Shown here piece by piece: positions 18,432-28,118 of a stretch of 64,000 nt of DNA (the first letter of the stretch is position 1; every line of letters starts with the position of its first letter). The notes beneath the pieces are model-generated. The model made no database searches and was not told the origin of the DNA. It saw nothing but the letters and a program-made list of their open reading frames with translations. The stretch is from a virus. Location of the stretch: the IMG/VR virus record IMGVR_UViG_3300027857_000012, positions 1-64,000 of that record. The stretch is one strand, 5' to 3'. A program made the translations under genes and the position numbers.

Positions 18432-18487
18432 CACAACACTGCAGCGCACACTCAAATGCGCTGCACATATCAAAAGGAGAATCACAC

Positions 18488-18778
18488 ATGAGCACACCGA
18501 AAGCAAGCATCATCACGACACTCGTTTTTCTCGTCCTCTTATTCGCAAGCATGCTGAATTCGATACGTCAGCAAGCGTATTCAATCGATGCATGGAAACA
18601 GGTTGTACACTTTCACGGTGATGTCTGTGTCGTCGCTGTGAATGCGCATAATATGCCCTATTGCAGCAATGGTGTTCGATACACTCTTAATGCTGTTAAG
18701 GCGCAAGAAGCATACCTGATTTGGGATGCATGCGAAGAATATGACGACGCGGCCATCTGCACGTTACAATACGATTAA
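18488..18778 (+). CDS. small exported or membrane-anchored protein
   Basis: AAAGGAGAATCACAC-ATG leader; N-terminal hydrophobic segment, 4 Cys. Confidence 0.7.
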   Translation: MSTPKASIITTLVFLVLLFASMLNSIRQQAYSIDAWKQVVHFHGDVCVVAVNAHNMPYCSNGVRYTLNAVKAQEAYLIWDACEEYDDAAICTLQYD

Positions 18779-18839
18779 TGCTTACCTCAACGAATATTCA
18801 CGAATTCGTATAAACTCGTGAATATTCGTGTAAAAACAA

Positions 18840-18868
18840 TGTACTTTCACACAAAAACAGTATATAAT
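18840..18868 (+). promoter_or_regulatory. repeat promoter element 22
   Basis: TGTACT-17bp-TATAAT; 14 bp hairpin 18790-18829. Confidence 0.85.
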
Positions 18869-18909
18869 TATCTTAGAAATTGAAAATACAAATTCGAAAG
18901 GAACACACA

Positions 18910-19185
18910 ATGCTCAAACAATTGCAAAAACTCGCAACACTTGAACGCACATTCAACATCACCATGGATACGTGGAGCAAAGCACATCTTTCGCCTGATG
19001 GATTTCCTCAAACACCCACTCTTGACATTGCAGGCATCACTTATGGTTGCTCAACGCTCGTCTGCTCTTCTCGAGCGACCAATACATACACGCTTATCCT
19101 TTTCAATGAGGACACTGGAAAGTGGATCGAGGTTCCAACAACCGAGGCATATGCTATTGCATTCATGCAACAACACACACTCTAA
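18910..19185 (+). CDS. hypothetical protein
   Basis: GAAAGGAACACACA-ATG leader. Confidence 0.75.
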   Translation: MLKQLQKLATLERTFNITMDTWSKAHLSPDGFPQTPTLDIAGITYGCSTLVCSSRATNTYTLILFNEDTGKWIEVPTTEAYAIAFMQQHTL

Positions 19186-19242
19186 TACATTCTCAGGGGT
19201 GAATAGCATTATTCACCCCATATCTCGAAAGGAATCACACAC

Positions 19243-19578
19243 ATGCCAACATTCAATCTCTACTACACAACACCCTCTGGCGTCCACGTCTACAATCGTC
19301 GCTCGTTCTCGTCACTCGAGGATGCGCAGCACCTCATTCGAGCACTGTGCCGCTTAAAGAACGTCTGGTCTATTGCCCTTCTCAACCCCTTCACAGGCGA
19401 GGTCTGCCTCACATGGACACTCTACCTCACAGACGACATCGAGGAGGTGACCAACGAAATTTTGATGTCGAGTGAGCCTGCTAATATCGTCTACATGGAA
19501 CAGGCCTCTGAATGCACACCCGAAACTGGCCGATGGCAAGCACAGTGCTGTCCACACTTTGCGCCTCCACTCTTCTAA
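19243..19578 (+). CDS. hypothetical protein
   Basis: GAAAGGAATCACACAC-ATG leader after hairpin GGGGTGAATA/TATTCACCCC. Confidence 0.7.
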   Translation: MPTFNLYYTTPSGVHVYNRRSFSSLEDAQHLIRALCRLKNVWSIALLNPFTGEVCLTWTLYLTDDIEEVTNEILMSSEPANIVYMEQASECTPETGRWQAQCCPHFAPPLF

Positions 19579-19927
19579 CGAGCGTCAATGAAGCACACAC
19601 TCGGTACGTCTCGTTCGAGTGTGTGCTTCATGTGTGTGACCATTTTACCGTCGCCATCCATTTCCGGGGATGGACGTGCGCATGCTTGTCGATGACTCAA
19701 GCGAATGCACGGGATCCGGCGCGTGATTCGAGATGCGTCGTGCGGGCCCGGTCGTTGACCTGCCCTCAATCGTGTCCCCGCCAGAGCAATCTGAGACAAA
19801 GTAACACAGAAACACCTAACAACACGCGTACATCTACAGTCGACTCATTTGTTTACAGGGCAATTCGATATGAATATGCATGATCAAGTCAAATTTCTGC
19901 ACCCCAGAATTTTCCGGAGAATGATCA

Positions 19928-20257
19928 TCACAACGCAAATGTATAGATGGCTGAATCATGAAATGATCGAAATCGAGAAGTGCATTCGCACACAGGAATC
20001 AAAAATGTGTTATAGGATATGCCCCGTTCAATGACTCGAACAGAGACAAGTTCATTTGTATTCGGATATGGCCACGAAAACGAAAATGGTGGTTCACCTG
20101 GCATCTGCATGAGCCAAATCACTTCAACAATAAACACCTCAATCCATGCAGACGGATCAATTCGACGTGCGGGGTCGGTCAAAAACAAGCACACTGACTT
20201 ATTGACGCCAGCATGCACAAGATCGTTTGCTGATAAGTACGTATACTCAATATCCAT
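19928..20257 (-). CDS. hypothetical protein
   Basis: 109 aa ORF, GAAGGAG upstream. Confidence 0.55.
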   Translation of the reverse strand: MDIEYTYLSANDLVHAGVNKSVCLFLTDPARRIDPSAWIEVFIVEVIWLMQMPGEPPFSFSWPYPNTNELVSVRVIERGISYNTFLIPVCECTSRFRSFHDSAIYTFAL

Positions 20258-20280
20258 TATGGAGTCACTGCTCCTTCATC

Positions 20281-20571
20281 TTAATATGCAAACACACATT
20301 CGACAACGTGTCGAAACGATCGTTCGACAGCAATATTTGAAAGCACAAGCACGTATTCGATGTCAGGTGAAACCGTGCTGCATCGAACAATGACTTCTTG
20401 AAAATGCAACAATGGCCCAAACGAAGATGGTGCAACATCATGAATACGAACATGCACCCATGATGTTGCACAGGTAGGGTCATTCAAATTACAGCAAAAC
20501 AAACACACTGAGCCATTTTGAGATGCGGTGAGAAGATCAGTGAGTGTCATGGTGTCATAGCGAACATCCAT
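20281..20571 (-). CDS. hypothetical protein (MDVRYDT...)
   Basis: AGGAG RBS after the stop of 20582-21097. Confidence 0.5.
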   Translation of the reverse strand: MDVRYDTMTLTDLLTASQNGSVCLFCCNLNDPTCATSWVHVRIHDVAPSSFGPLLHFQEVIVRCSTVSPDIEYVLVLSNIAVERSFRHVVECVFAY

Positions 20572-20581
20572 AGAGTGTCTC

Positions 20582-21097
20582 CTAACAGACAACTCGACGA
20601 CCAACGGCGCGAAGTGTCGCGACACAGATCGCATGCATCACTGTAATATGCCATCCACTCTGCGCAACGAGTGTCGTTGCATCATAACACTCAACACACC
20701 ATGCATTCGATGTATTCGACAGCACTGTCACACGAAGACCACATGTTTGTAAAAACAGGACGAGGCGCCACGCGTCGATGATACTTTCGAGCGGATAAAA
20801 CACACGAAACACGTATCGTGACCCATTCACACGATACACAGAGCCGTGCCCTTGAACCCAATCAACCGTATCAAACACATCTGGCTCATGAGAAACAAAC
20901 ACCCAATGGATACCGCTCCAATAGGCAAGTGGATGTGTTTTTGCGCGCTGCGAAAGTGCAATCGTATCAAGTGTGCGTGATAGACGAAGAATGCGCACAT
21001 TGAGCACGTCACGGAGCAGTGCATGCACTTTTTGTTGTGCGTCTGCTGTTGTCCATGAAAACACTTTCTTTCGTGCATTTCGATCAATATACATCAT
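20582..21097 (-). CDS. phage ABA-sandwich-domain-like protein
   Basis: FYPLESIIDAWRLV..L...W.V....T..HAICVATLRAVG resembles the phage ABA sandwich motif. Confidence 0.55.
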   Translation of the reverse strand: MMYIDRNARKKVFSWTTADAQQKVHALLRDVLNVRILRLSRTLDTIALSQRAKTHPLAYWSGIHWVFVSHEPDVFDTVDWVQGHGSVYRVNGSRYVFRVFYPLESIIDAWRLVLFLQTCGLRVTVLSNTSNAWCVECYDATTLVAQSGWHITVMHAICVATLRAVGRRVVC

Positions 21098-21480
21098 GCT
21101 GTCTGCCGTTCAGCGGCAAGAGAAACACGCCTTGCATATCGAGGTTCTGGTGGCCATGCTGCATTTGTTGTTCGAAGTGACAGTGCACATGTCAAACGAG
21201 GTACAGAAGGTGGTGGGCCAAGCAGCAATTCCTTCGGCCCACCTCGCCACGGAAGGAGTGGCGAGTTCCGACGTGACAACGGTTGTTTTCGCATCCATTG
21301 TGTTGGGTGTACAGCCGGCGACACTCGACTCACAGAATGTGTTCGTGTTCGGATTGGACGTAAAGAACTGTGCATGAGCGCCAAGCCTCGTGCAAGAAAA
21401 TGTGCTCCAATCCATGCACGGAATCGAAACAGATGCGTCCGTTCCCATGGATACAATGATGAAGATGTGTGATAGGACAT
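21094..21480 (-). CDS. basic Pro/Arg-rich hypothetical protein
   Basis: GGAGGAG RBS; stop overlaps next start (ATGA). Confidence 0.55.
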   Translation of the reverse strand: MSYHTSSSLYPWERTHLFRFRAWIGAHFLARGLALMHSSLRPIRTRTHSVSRVSPAVHPTQWMRKQPLSRRNSPLLPWRGGPKELLLGPPPSVPRLTCALSLRTTNAAWPPEPRYARRVSLAAERQTA

Positions 21481-21769
21481 ATGCTCCTCCAAACAAGAAC
21501 GAAACAAACACTCGTTTGTTTCGATGCATTGAAATCGAATAACAACATTATATACCAAAAATGCACACATGAAATTGTGCAGAAAAAGTAAGAAAACACG
21601 TTCGTATATCATAAAAAGAAGAAACTCTATCGAACCGTGTCGACCGAAACGGAAAAAGAAAGAGAAAAGCACAAACTTTTGGCCTTCTTTTCCGTATCTT
21701 TTTCTTCCATTTTTAGTAATGCTTCATGCATGTGTTCCTTTCAAATACATGTGCACGTCGATGAATCAA

Positions 21770-21798
21770 TGTACTTTACTGGATGCTTGTGTTACAAT
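21770..21798 (+). promoter_or_regulatory. promoter upstream of terL, variant of the repeat promoter
   Basis: TGTACT-17bp-TGtTACAAT. Confidence 0.6.
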
Positions 21799-21833
21799 AC
21801 GATAGACAACCAAGCATTCGTAAAAGAAAAAAG

Positions 21834-23468
21834 ATGGCAAATCGAACTCGTGCTCTCCAAAAAACAGCATCAGCAGTAGATGCGTCAGGGGCAACACTTC
21901 TGCAATCACTGACGCATCCCGAAGCATTGTTGGCACAAATCGATGCGGAAACATGCCGTCGATCACTGAAAGCATTTGCAAAAGCAGTTTGGCCCATCAT
22001 TGAACCAACGCCATTCATTGATGGCATTCCCATTGACGCAATGGTTGAACACCTTGAAGCCGTTGCTCGAGGTGATATTCGAAAACTCCTCATTAATATC
22101 CCACCTCGACATACGAAAAGTACCCTCATTTCTGTCATTTGGCCAGTCTGGATTTGGCTCCAAGCACCCGTTGAGCGATTTCTCTGTGCATCCTATAGTC
22201 TTGAACTGTCAACACGCGATAATCTTCGGAAACGACGCATTATTGAAGATCCATGGTTTCAAACACGATTCAAAATGCTGTTTCAATTGTCTGGTGATCA
22301 GAACGCAAAACGATATTTTGAAAACAGTCGACAAGGATACCAAATGTCGATTTCCGTTGATGGTGGGACGACAGGGCAAGGCGGTTCATATCTCATCCTC
22401 GATGATGCGCATAATGTGAGTGAAGCACACTCAGACATTGAACGAAAAGCAGCAATTATTTGGTTTCGAGAAGTCTGGACAAATCGACTGAATGACCAAC
22501 GAAAAGATAAAATGGTCGTCGTTGGTCAGCGCATTCATGATGAAGATGTCTGCGGGTATATTCTTCGTGAACGACCTGATTGGGTACATCTGAATCTTCC
22601 TGCCCTCTTTGAACCAGAGCGTCGATGTCGAACACCGATTTGGTCTGATCCTCGCACAACTGAGGGTCAACTCCTATGGCCTGAACGATTTAATATGACA
22701 GCACTCAATGGGTTGAAACGAGACTTGGGGAGTATGGGGTTTGCTGCACAATATCAACAGCGACCAGTCCCTGCAGGCGGAGGACAATTTAAGCAAAAAT
22801 GGTTTCGCTATCATACACAAGATGAGGCGGCATTCACACTCCTCGTTCCTGAAGGGCAAAAACGCATTCTTCGATCAGTGTGCTCAATCATCATCACAGT
22901 CGACCTCGCGATTAGTCAAAAACAACAAGCTGACTTTACCGTGTTTGCAATCTGGGCAATTACACCTGACCGAGAATTGTTACTCATCGACCGAGTTCGT
23001 GAACACTTTGATAACCCAACACAACAACAACAATTGCAATTGTTGTATCAGCAATATAAGCCAAAATTTATTCATATTGAGCAAGTGGCATATCAACTTG
23101 CACTCATTCAACAATTACTCAAACTCGGTATTCCAGCACAAGGGTATAAACCAGTCAAGGATAAAGTCTCTCGTGCAAGCACCGCTGCTGTGTTTTATGA
23201 AGCCGGAAAAATTTATCATCCACTCAGTGCACTCTGGCTCCGTGAATGGGAAGACGAACTCCTTGTCTTTCCGATGGGTGCACATGATGACCAAGTTGAT
23301 GCACTGAGCATTGCATGTGATTCGCTCAGTAGTCCAGCAATGACAGCAGATGAACACATTGCTGCGATGCAGAAACGCCTCGCACTTGCAACACATCGTG
23401 GCCTTGCTCTTGTTCCGAACCAACCAGTTGATGATCACCCAATTGAAATGAGAGAAGAAAGCGCATGA
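21834..23468 (+). CDS. terL: terminase large subunit
   Basis: LLINIPPRHTKS Walker A, YLILDD Walker B, YQQRP motif, nuclease motifs TVDLA and HDDQVDA. Confidence 0.95.
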   Translation: MANRTRALQKTASAVDASGATLLQSLTHPEALLAQIDAETCRRSLKAFAKAVWPIIEPTPFIDGIPIDAMVEHLEAVARGDIRKLLINIPPRHTKSTLISVIWPVWIWLQAPVERFLCASYSLELSTRDNLRKRRIIEDPWFQTRFKMLFQLSGDQNAKRYFENSRQGYQMSISVDGGTTGQGGSYLILDDAHNVSEAHSDIERKAAIIWFREVWTNRLNDQRKDKMVVVGQRIHDEDVCGYILRERPDWVHLNLPALFEPERRCRTPIWSDPRTTEGQLLWPERFNMTALNGLKRDLGSMGFAAQYQQRPVPAGGGQFKQKWFRYHTQDEAAFTLLVPEGQKRILRSVCSIIITVDLAISQKQQADFTVFAIWAITPDRELLLIDRVREHFDNPTQQQQLQLLYQQYKPKFIHIEQVAYQLALIQQLLKLGIPAQGYKPVKDKVSRASTAAVFYEAGKIYHPLSALWLREWEDELLVFPMGAHDDQVDALSIACDSLSSPAMTADEHIAAMQKRLALATHRGLALVPNQPVDDHPIEMREESA

Positions 23469-24007
23469 CAGAACAAGAATCATTTGTACAAAACGTCATT
23501 TATTGGCACCCACATCATCCACACCAACCAACAGATGTGAATGCACTCCATCGTGCAACACTGAAAGGTATCAACGAGCAAGTTGCTGTGTTTCTGACAC
23601 GAACAGTCGGATCAATGTGGATGGCGTACGCATTTGTGCTCATTGCGATTATTGGTCTCTTTTCAATTCTCGGCGTGTTATCACCCACCATTGCGCTTCT
23701 TGTCGCATGGGCGTCTCAGACATTCATTCAACTCGTCCTCTTGCCAGTGATTATGGTTGGGCAGAATGTTCTTTCAAGACATGCAGAACTGCAATCAGAT
23801 GAAACATTTGCCACAACGCAAAAAAGCTTCGCCGATATCGAGCACATTATCGAACATCTCTCTGCGCAAGACACAGAACTCTTAAAACAAACACAAATGT
23901 TGCAAACAGCACTTGATCAAATTGCGCAACGGTGCGACGCGCAAGACCAAACACTGTCTGAAATTCTTACACGCCTGCCAGGGACACGTCGAGGAAATAG
24001 AGCATGA
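23465..24007 (+). CDS. DUF1003-like membrane protein
   Basis: TRTVGSMW..Y.F, W.SQTFIQLVLLPVIMVGQN, C-terminal coiled coil. Confidence 0.7.
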   Translation: MTEQESFVQNVIYWHPHHPHQPTDVNALHRATLKGINEQVAVFLTRTVGSMWMAYAFVLIAIIGLFSILGVLSPTIALLVAWASQTFIQLVLLPVIMVGQNVLSRHAELQSDETFATTQKSFADIEHIIEHLSAQDTELLKQTQMLQTALDQIAQRCDAQDQTLSEILTRLPGTRRGNRA

Positions 24008-27000
24008 CACGACGAAAGAAACAATCAACACGACAACTGCATCGAGCAACGCCTGGTGGAGGAACACTCTATATTCCACCTGGGTATGCGCAATCAGCAT
24101 ATGGATCGACGTTCTATGGAGGAAAATCGACTCTTCCGACAGGGACCACAGCACTCTTTTCACCTGGACTTCCACTTCCAACACAGCCAAATGTGAATGT
24201 TGGCGGGTACCCTGTCCAATGGAAATTCCCCATCGCATGGAATACATTTCCACCTGATCGAACAATGGGGAATGCTGATACACCATCATTTCAACAACTC
24301 CGAAGTCTTGCAAAACTCTATTCAGGCGTGACAATATGTGAACGCGCGTGGATGGATATGGTTCCTCGAATGAAACTGAAAATTTCATTGAAACCAGAGT
24401 ATATTGCTGCCGGTGCGAATGAAAAAGATTATCAAGCAGATATTGCGTATTTTCTGACATGGTTTGAATCACCTGATAAAATTCGTGATCAACATTCATG
24501 GATTCGAATGGCACTTCGAGAACAAACACAGGTCGATGAATTATACATTTATAAACGTCGAAAGCGCAATGGCGACCTCTACTCAATTGAGATTCATGCA
24601 GGTGATCAATTCAAACCACTTCTTGATGATTGGGGACGGACGCCACAACCACCTGCATTTGCGTATCAACAATATCCTTGGGGTGTTCCTGGTGCACAAT
24701 TTCGTTCAGATGAATTGATTCATTATCAAGAAAGCCCAGCTGCCGATAGTCCATATGGGCAAAGTCGTATTGAACGCATTATTTTGCTTGTGAACCAAGC
24801 ACTTCGAAAACAAAAGAAAGATCTGAGTCACTTCACTGAGGGTAATATTCCACAAGGCATGATGCGCGTTCCTGAAAATTCAACATGGACACCGGATCAA
24901 ATTGATGCCTTCGAACAGGCATGGAATGCACTCCTTGCTGGCAATGCGCCACAGCAAGTTCGAATGCGATTCACACAACCAGGCATGGAGTATCAACCAT
25001 TCGAACAATATGCGTTGGACCCGGCATTTGACAAATTTATCCTAAATATTGCTGTATCTGCGTACGGCATGTCAATGCAAGACCTTGCATTCACTGAAGA
25101 TATTCATAAATCGAATAGTGACAGTCAACAGAATGTCACCTATCGACGAACCATTGATCCTCTAGCAACAATCTATGCTGGTTTCTTCACGTACATTATG
25201 AATACTGATTTCCCAGAAGAACTGCATGGTGATCTCTTTCAAGCAACATTTACTGGGTATGATGAAGAAGAAGATATTGCATCAATGGCGACAGCATACA
25301 GCGCATTGACAAGTGCTGGCATTCTCGGCATTACTGCTGCTGGTCGACTCCTCAAACTGCCTGATGATCCAAATGCACCGTACATAGGGCGTGTCCTTGT
25401 GACAAAAGATGGTCCCGTGTTTCTTGATGATATTGCATCTGATAAAATGCGTGCTGCGTCACTTCAAGCACAACTCAAAGGATTCGAGATGGTGAGTATG
25501 CAGCAGTCAGCACAAGATGCATCGAATGCACAACAAACACCAGCACCTCCAAAAGCGGCGGGCATGCCACCACCTCTAATGCAGCAACGACACCAAGTTG
25601 CTCCACTTGAACAACCTCCAATACCAACAGGGCATGCTGCGATTGAGACGACACCAGAATCAGATGCAGAAACTGCACCAGAAGACGACGATGAAGAGTT
25701 GGATGATCTTCTCGATGACGAAGAAGACGATGCGTGGAAAGAAGGCGAAGATACAGACATTGCGCCAGAACTCTATGACGCACCACATGTTTTGCAGACA
25801 CCAGAAGACATTCAAAAAGAGCATGAAATTTCTGGTTTGTTAGATGAAGACCAATCACATCCTTTCACAGAATTAGAACGACATCGTCCTGGCGGATATG
25901 GACATGATCAAAAAACACATGGTGATTGGGATCACCCTGCCTATGGTGCAGCAAACAATAAAAACCCCGATGCACGACAAGATATGGCGTCAAAAGCGAA
26001 GATCCAAGCAGCGACGATCAAAGTGAAGGAAGCGCAAATTGATGTCAAAACTGGCGTCGCTGGTGCACGTGCAAAACTTGCTGCAGCACAACAGACACTG
26101 AAACAAGTCAAGGGTGCTGCCGAAAAAGCACAAATTCAAGTAAACACAGAACCACTCCCTGGACAACATGGAGGTGAGCACTCAGCAGTGCCGCAAAAAC
26201 AGACAACGGATACAACAGAAGATCAACAAGAACAGCGTCCATCACGACAACCAAAAGAACAAAAACCTACTGATGAAGACGAGCAGCAAGCGCCTCCTCC
26301 GTTAACACCAGAAGAAAAGGCAGAAGCGAAACGACAAACATCTGAATCAAAAGCACAAATGAAATTAGATGCGCAATCAACTCGACTTCGACTTCGAGCT
26401 GAGAAGCATAAAGCGCATTTGCACAAACTTGCTGGAGCCGCAAAGGCAAAATCAGGTCGAATGGTGTTACATGCACAACACCATTCACAACGAACAGCAA
26501 CGACTGCTGCAAAAGCCGCTGCTCAACAAACACGAACATCTGCAAAAGCACAATTACGAGCAGCAAAGCAACAACAACATGCTGCAGTAACACTTCATTC
26601 ACTTGTCAAAATCATAGGAACAAAAAGTGCCCTCTATAATGCGCTTGCTGGTCGAAAGTTGTCAAAAACGTGGAATGCACAAGACGCAGAAGATGCACAC
26701 ATGATTGCACTCGACCTAAAACAATTACTCGAACTCGTGATTCGACACGGCAACGAACATGATGCGACAACGTTGCTCAATGATCTTCGATTATCCATGT
26801 CGGCACTCCAAGGACGACACGGTATTTCTGCAGCAAGAATGTCGACACTTGAGCATCTTGCTGCGCATATTGAACAAGAACTTGCACTCAATCGAGCACT
26901 TGATGGTGATAACGTATCTGAACAAGATGTATTTCAGCAAGAAACATTCGAAACGCACTACGATATTGAGAAACTACTTGCATTTTTGCAAGAACAACTG

Positions 27001-27357
27001 CAAATGAAAACAAATTCTTCAGAGATTCAACACGCTTCTGAAGAACAATCAGTCATTCGGAACACATCATCAAATGATCCATCAAAAGAATATCGTCGAT
27101 GGCGAGAACGAGCACTTGAAGATGTGAAAAGTGGACGAACGCAGCGAGCATTTACAACACCATTCATTCCAGATCCGATCCATTTCTGGATTTCGACACA
27201 GTTGACAGAATGCACAACATCTGATGCTGTCAAGCAAGTGTTTATTGACGCGAAACAACTAGAAATCTTCCGTGACTGGGAAAAGTACGATCTCAAAACA
27301 GGACGAGCATTAGCGACAATTCGTATTCAGCAATTACAAGAAGAAGGAGTTGAGTAA
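24004..27357 (+). CDS. portal protein with long C-terminal extension
   Basis: follows terL; portal motifs (FQQLRSLA, SPYGQSRIE, FTEGNIPQG, W.PDQI..FE..W) in the first ~480 aa, then ~630 aa of extra sequence. Confidence 0.85.
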   Translation: MTRRKKQSTRQLHRATPGGGTLYIPPGYAQSAYGSTFYGGKSTLPTGTTALFSPGLPLPTQPNVNVGGYPVQWKFPIAWNTFPPDRTMGNADTPSFQQLRSLAKLYSGVTICERAWMDMVPRMKLKISLKPEYIAAGANEKDYQADIAYFLTWFESPDKIRDQHSWIRMALREQTQVDELYIYKRRKRNGDLYSIEIHAGDQFKPLLDDWGRTPQPPAFAYQQYPWGVPGAQFRSDELIHYQESPAADSPYGQSRIERIILLVNQALRKQKKDLSHFTEGNIPQGMMRVPENSTWTPDQIDAFEQAWNALLAGNAPQQVRMRFTQPGMEYQPFEQYALDPAFDKFILNIAVSAYGMSMQDLAFTEDIHKSNSDSQQNVTYRRTIDPLATIYAGFFTYIMNTDFPEELHGDLFQATFTGYDEEEDIASMATAYSALTSAGILGITAAGRLLKLPDDPNAPYIGRVLVTKDGPVFLDDIASDKMRAASLQAQLKGFEMVSMQQSAQDASNAQQTPAPPKAAGMPPPLMQQRHQVAPLEQPPIPTGHAAIETTPESDAETAPEDDDEELDDLLDDEEDDAWKEGEDTDIAPELYDAPHVLQTPEDIQKEHEISGLLDEDQSHPFTELERHRPGGYGHDQKTHGDWDHPAYGAANNKNPDARQDMASKAKIQAATIKVKEAQIDVKTGVAGARAKLAAAQQTLKQVKGAAEKAQIQVNTEPLPGQHGGEHSAVPQKQTTDTTEDQQEQRPSRQPKEQKPTDEDEQQAPPPLTPEEKAEAKRQTSESKAQMKLDAQSTRLRLRAEKHKAHLHKLAGAAKAKSGRMVLHAQHHSQRTATTAAKAAAQQTRTSAKAQLRAAKQQQHAAVTLHSLVKIIGTKSALYNALAGRKLSKTWNAQDAEDAHMIALDLKQLLELVIRHGNEHDATTLLNDLRLSMSALQGRHGISAARMSTLEHLAAHIEQELALNRALDGDNVSEQDVFQQETFETHYDIEKLLAFLQEQLQMKTNSSEIQHASEEQSVIRNTSSNDPSKEYRRWRERALEDVKSGRTQRAFTTPFIPDPIHFWISTQLTECTTSDAVKQVFIDAKQLEIFRDWEKYDLKTGRALATIRIQQLQEEGVE

Positions 27358-27360
27358 TCA

Positions 27361-27570
27361 ATGACCGTGCAGAATCATATTCAGACTCCGTCAACACAAA
27401 CTGCTATTCGGTGTAAATCAACAGGTCGATTATCATTTCGAGCCGATGCACAGGGCATTTGGGTATTTTGTCGACAACATAATACGCAACACCTGATGAC
27501 ATGGGGAGAACTGGAAGTGTTAAAATTACAAATTCAAGCGGACACTGTTTCAGGTGTTGTGTATATATGA
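27361..27570 (+). CDS. small protein, possibly Com-like zinc-ribbon regulator
   Basis: IRCKSTGRL..RAD..GIWVFCRQH pattern; AAGGAG RBS. Confidence 0.45.
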   Translation: MTVQNHIQTPSTQTAIRCKSTGRLSFRADAQGIWVFCRQHNTQHLMTWGELEVLKLQIQADTVSGVVYI

Positions 27571-27730
27571 ACACCCCAGATGTGCCTTGTGACATTGCAT
27601 TTTTCAGACATAAGTATTATCATCTTTTAAGTTTGAGGGCCTCTACGGGCCTTGGGAATGATCCTGGTTTTCCTTAAAGGTGTCGTGTAAATACAATTGT
27701 ACACTTGAAACATGACAACTGCCAAGAAAG

Positions 27731-28105
27731 ATGCATAACATGGCAACACTCCCACCGCAAGATATCACAATGCTCTCATATCGAATAGAAGGCATAGAAA
27801 AAGAAGTACAACGCTTGAGCACACAACTCGGAAACTACGTGCCACAACGAGAAAACGATCTCAAGTTGCAAAGCATCCAGGATACGACAAAACGAATTGA
27901 AGGTGAAGTTGCAGATGCGAAAAAACAATTGATTGAAATGAATGCAAAGTTGATTGCACAAGCAACAGATGTTCAAAAACGAGATGCTGAGCAAAAAGAA
28001 AGTCAATCACAACTACAAATTAAAGTACTTGTGGCAATTGTGTCATCTGTGCTCATTGTCGTCACTGGAGTGTTGATTGGGTATATCACCCATTTTTTTC
28101 ATTGA
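27731..28105 (+). CDS. coiled-coil protein with C-terminal TM helix (XhlA/holin-accessory-like)
   Basis: heptad-rich N-terminus, single C-terminal hydrophobic helix. Confidence 0.6.
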   Translation: MHNMATLPPQDITMLSYRIEGIEKEVQRLSTQLGNYVPQRENDLKLQSIQDTTKRIEGEVADAKKQLIEMNAKLIAQATDVQKRDAEQKESQSQLQIKVLVAIVSSVLIVVTGVLIGYITHFFH

Positions 28106-28118
28106 AAGAGAGAGCACA

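Noticed and set aside
3054-18912. CRISPR array or classical integron
   Set aside because: Repeats are degenerate promoters separated by whole genes of variable length, not constant repeats with 30-40 bp spacers. No cas or tyrosine integrase gene, and no consistent RYYYAAC/GTTRRRY attC ends were seen.
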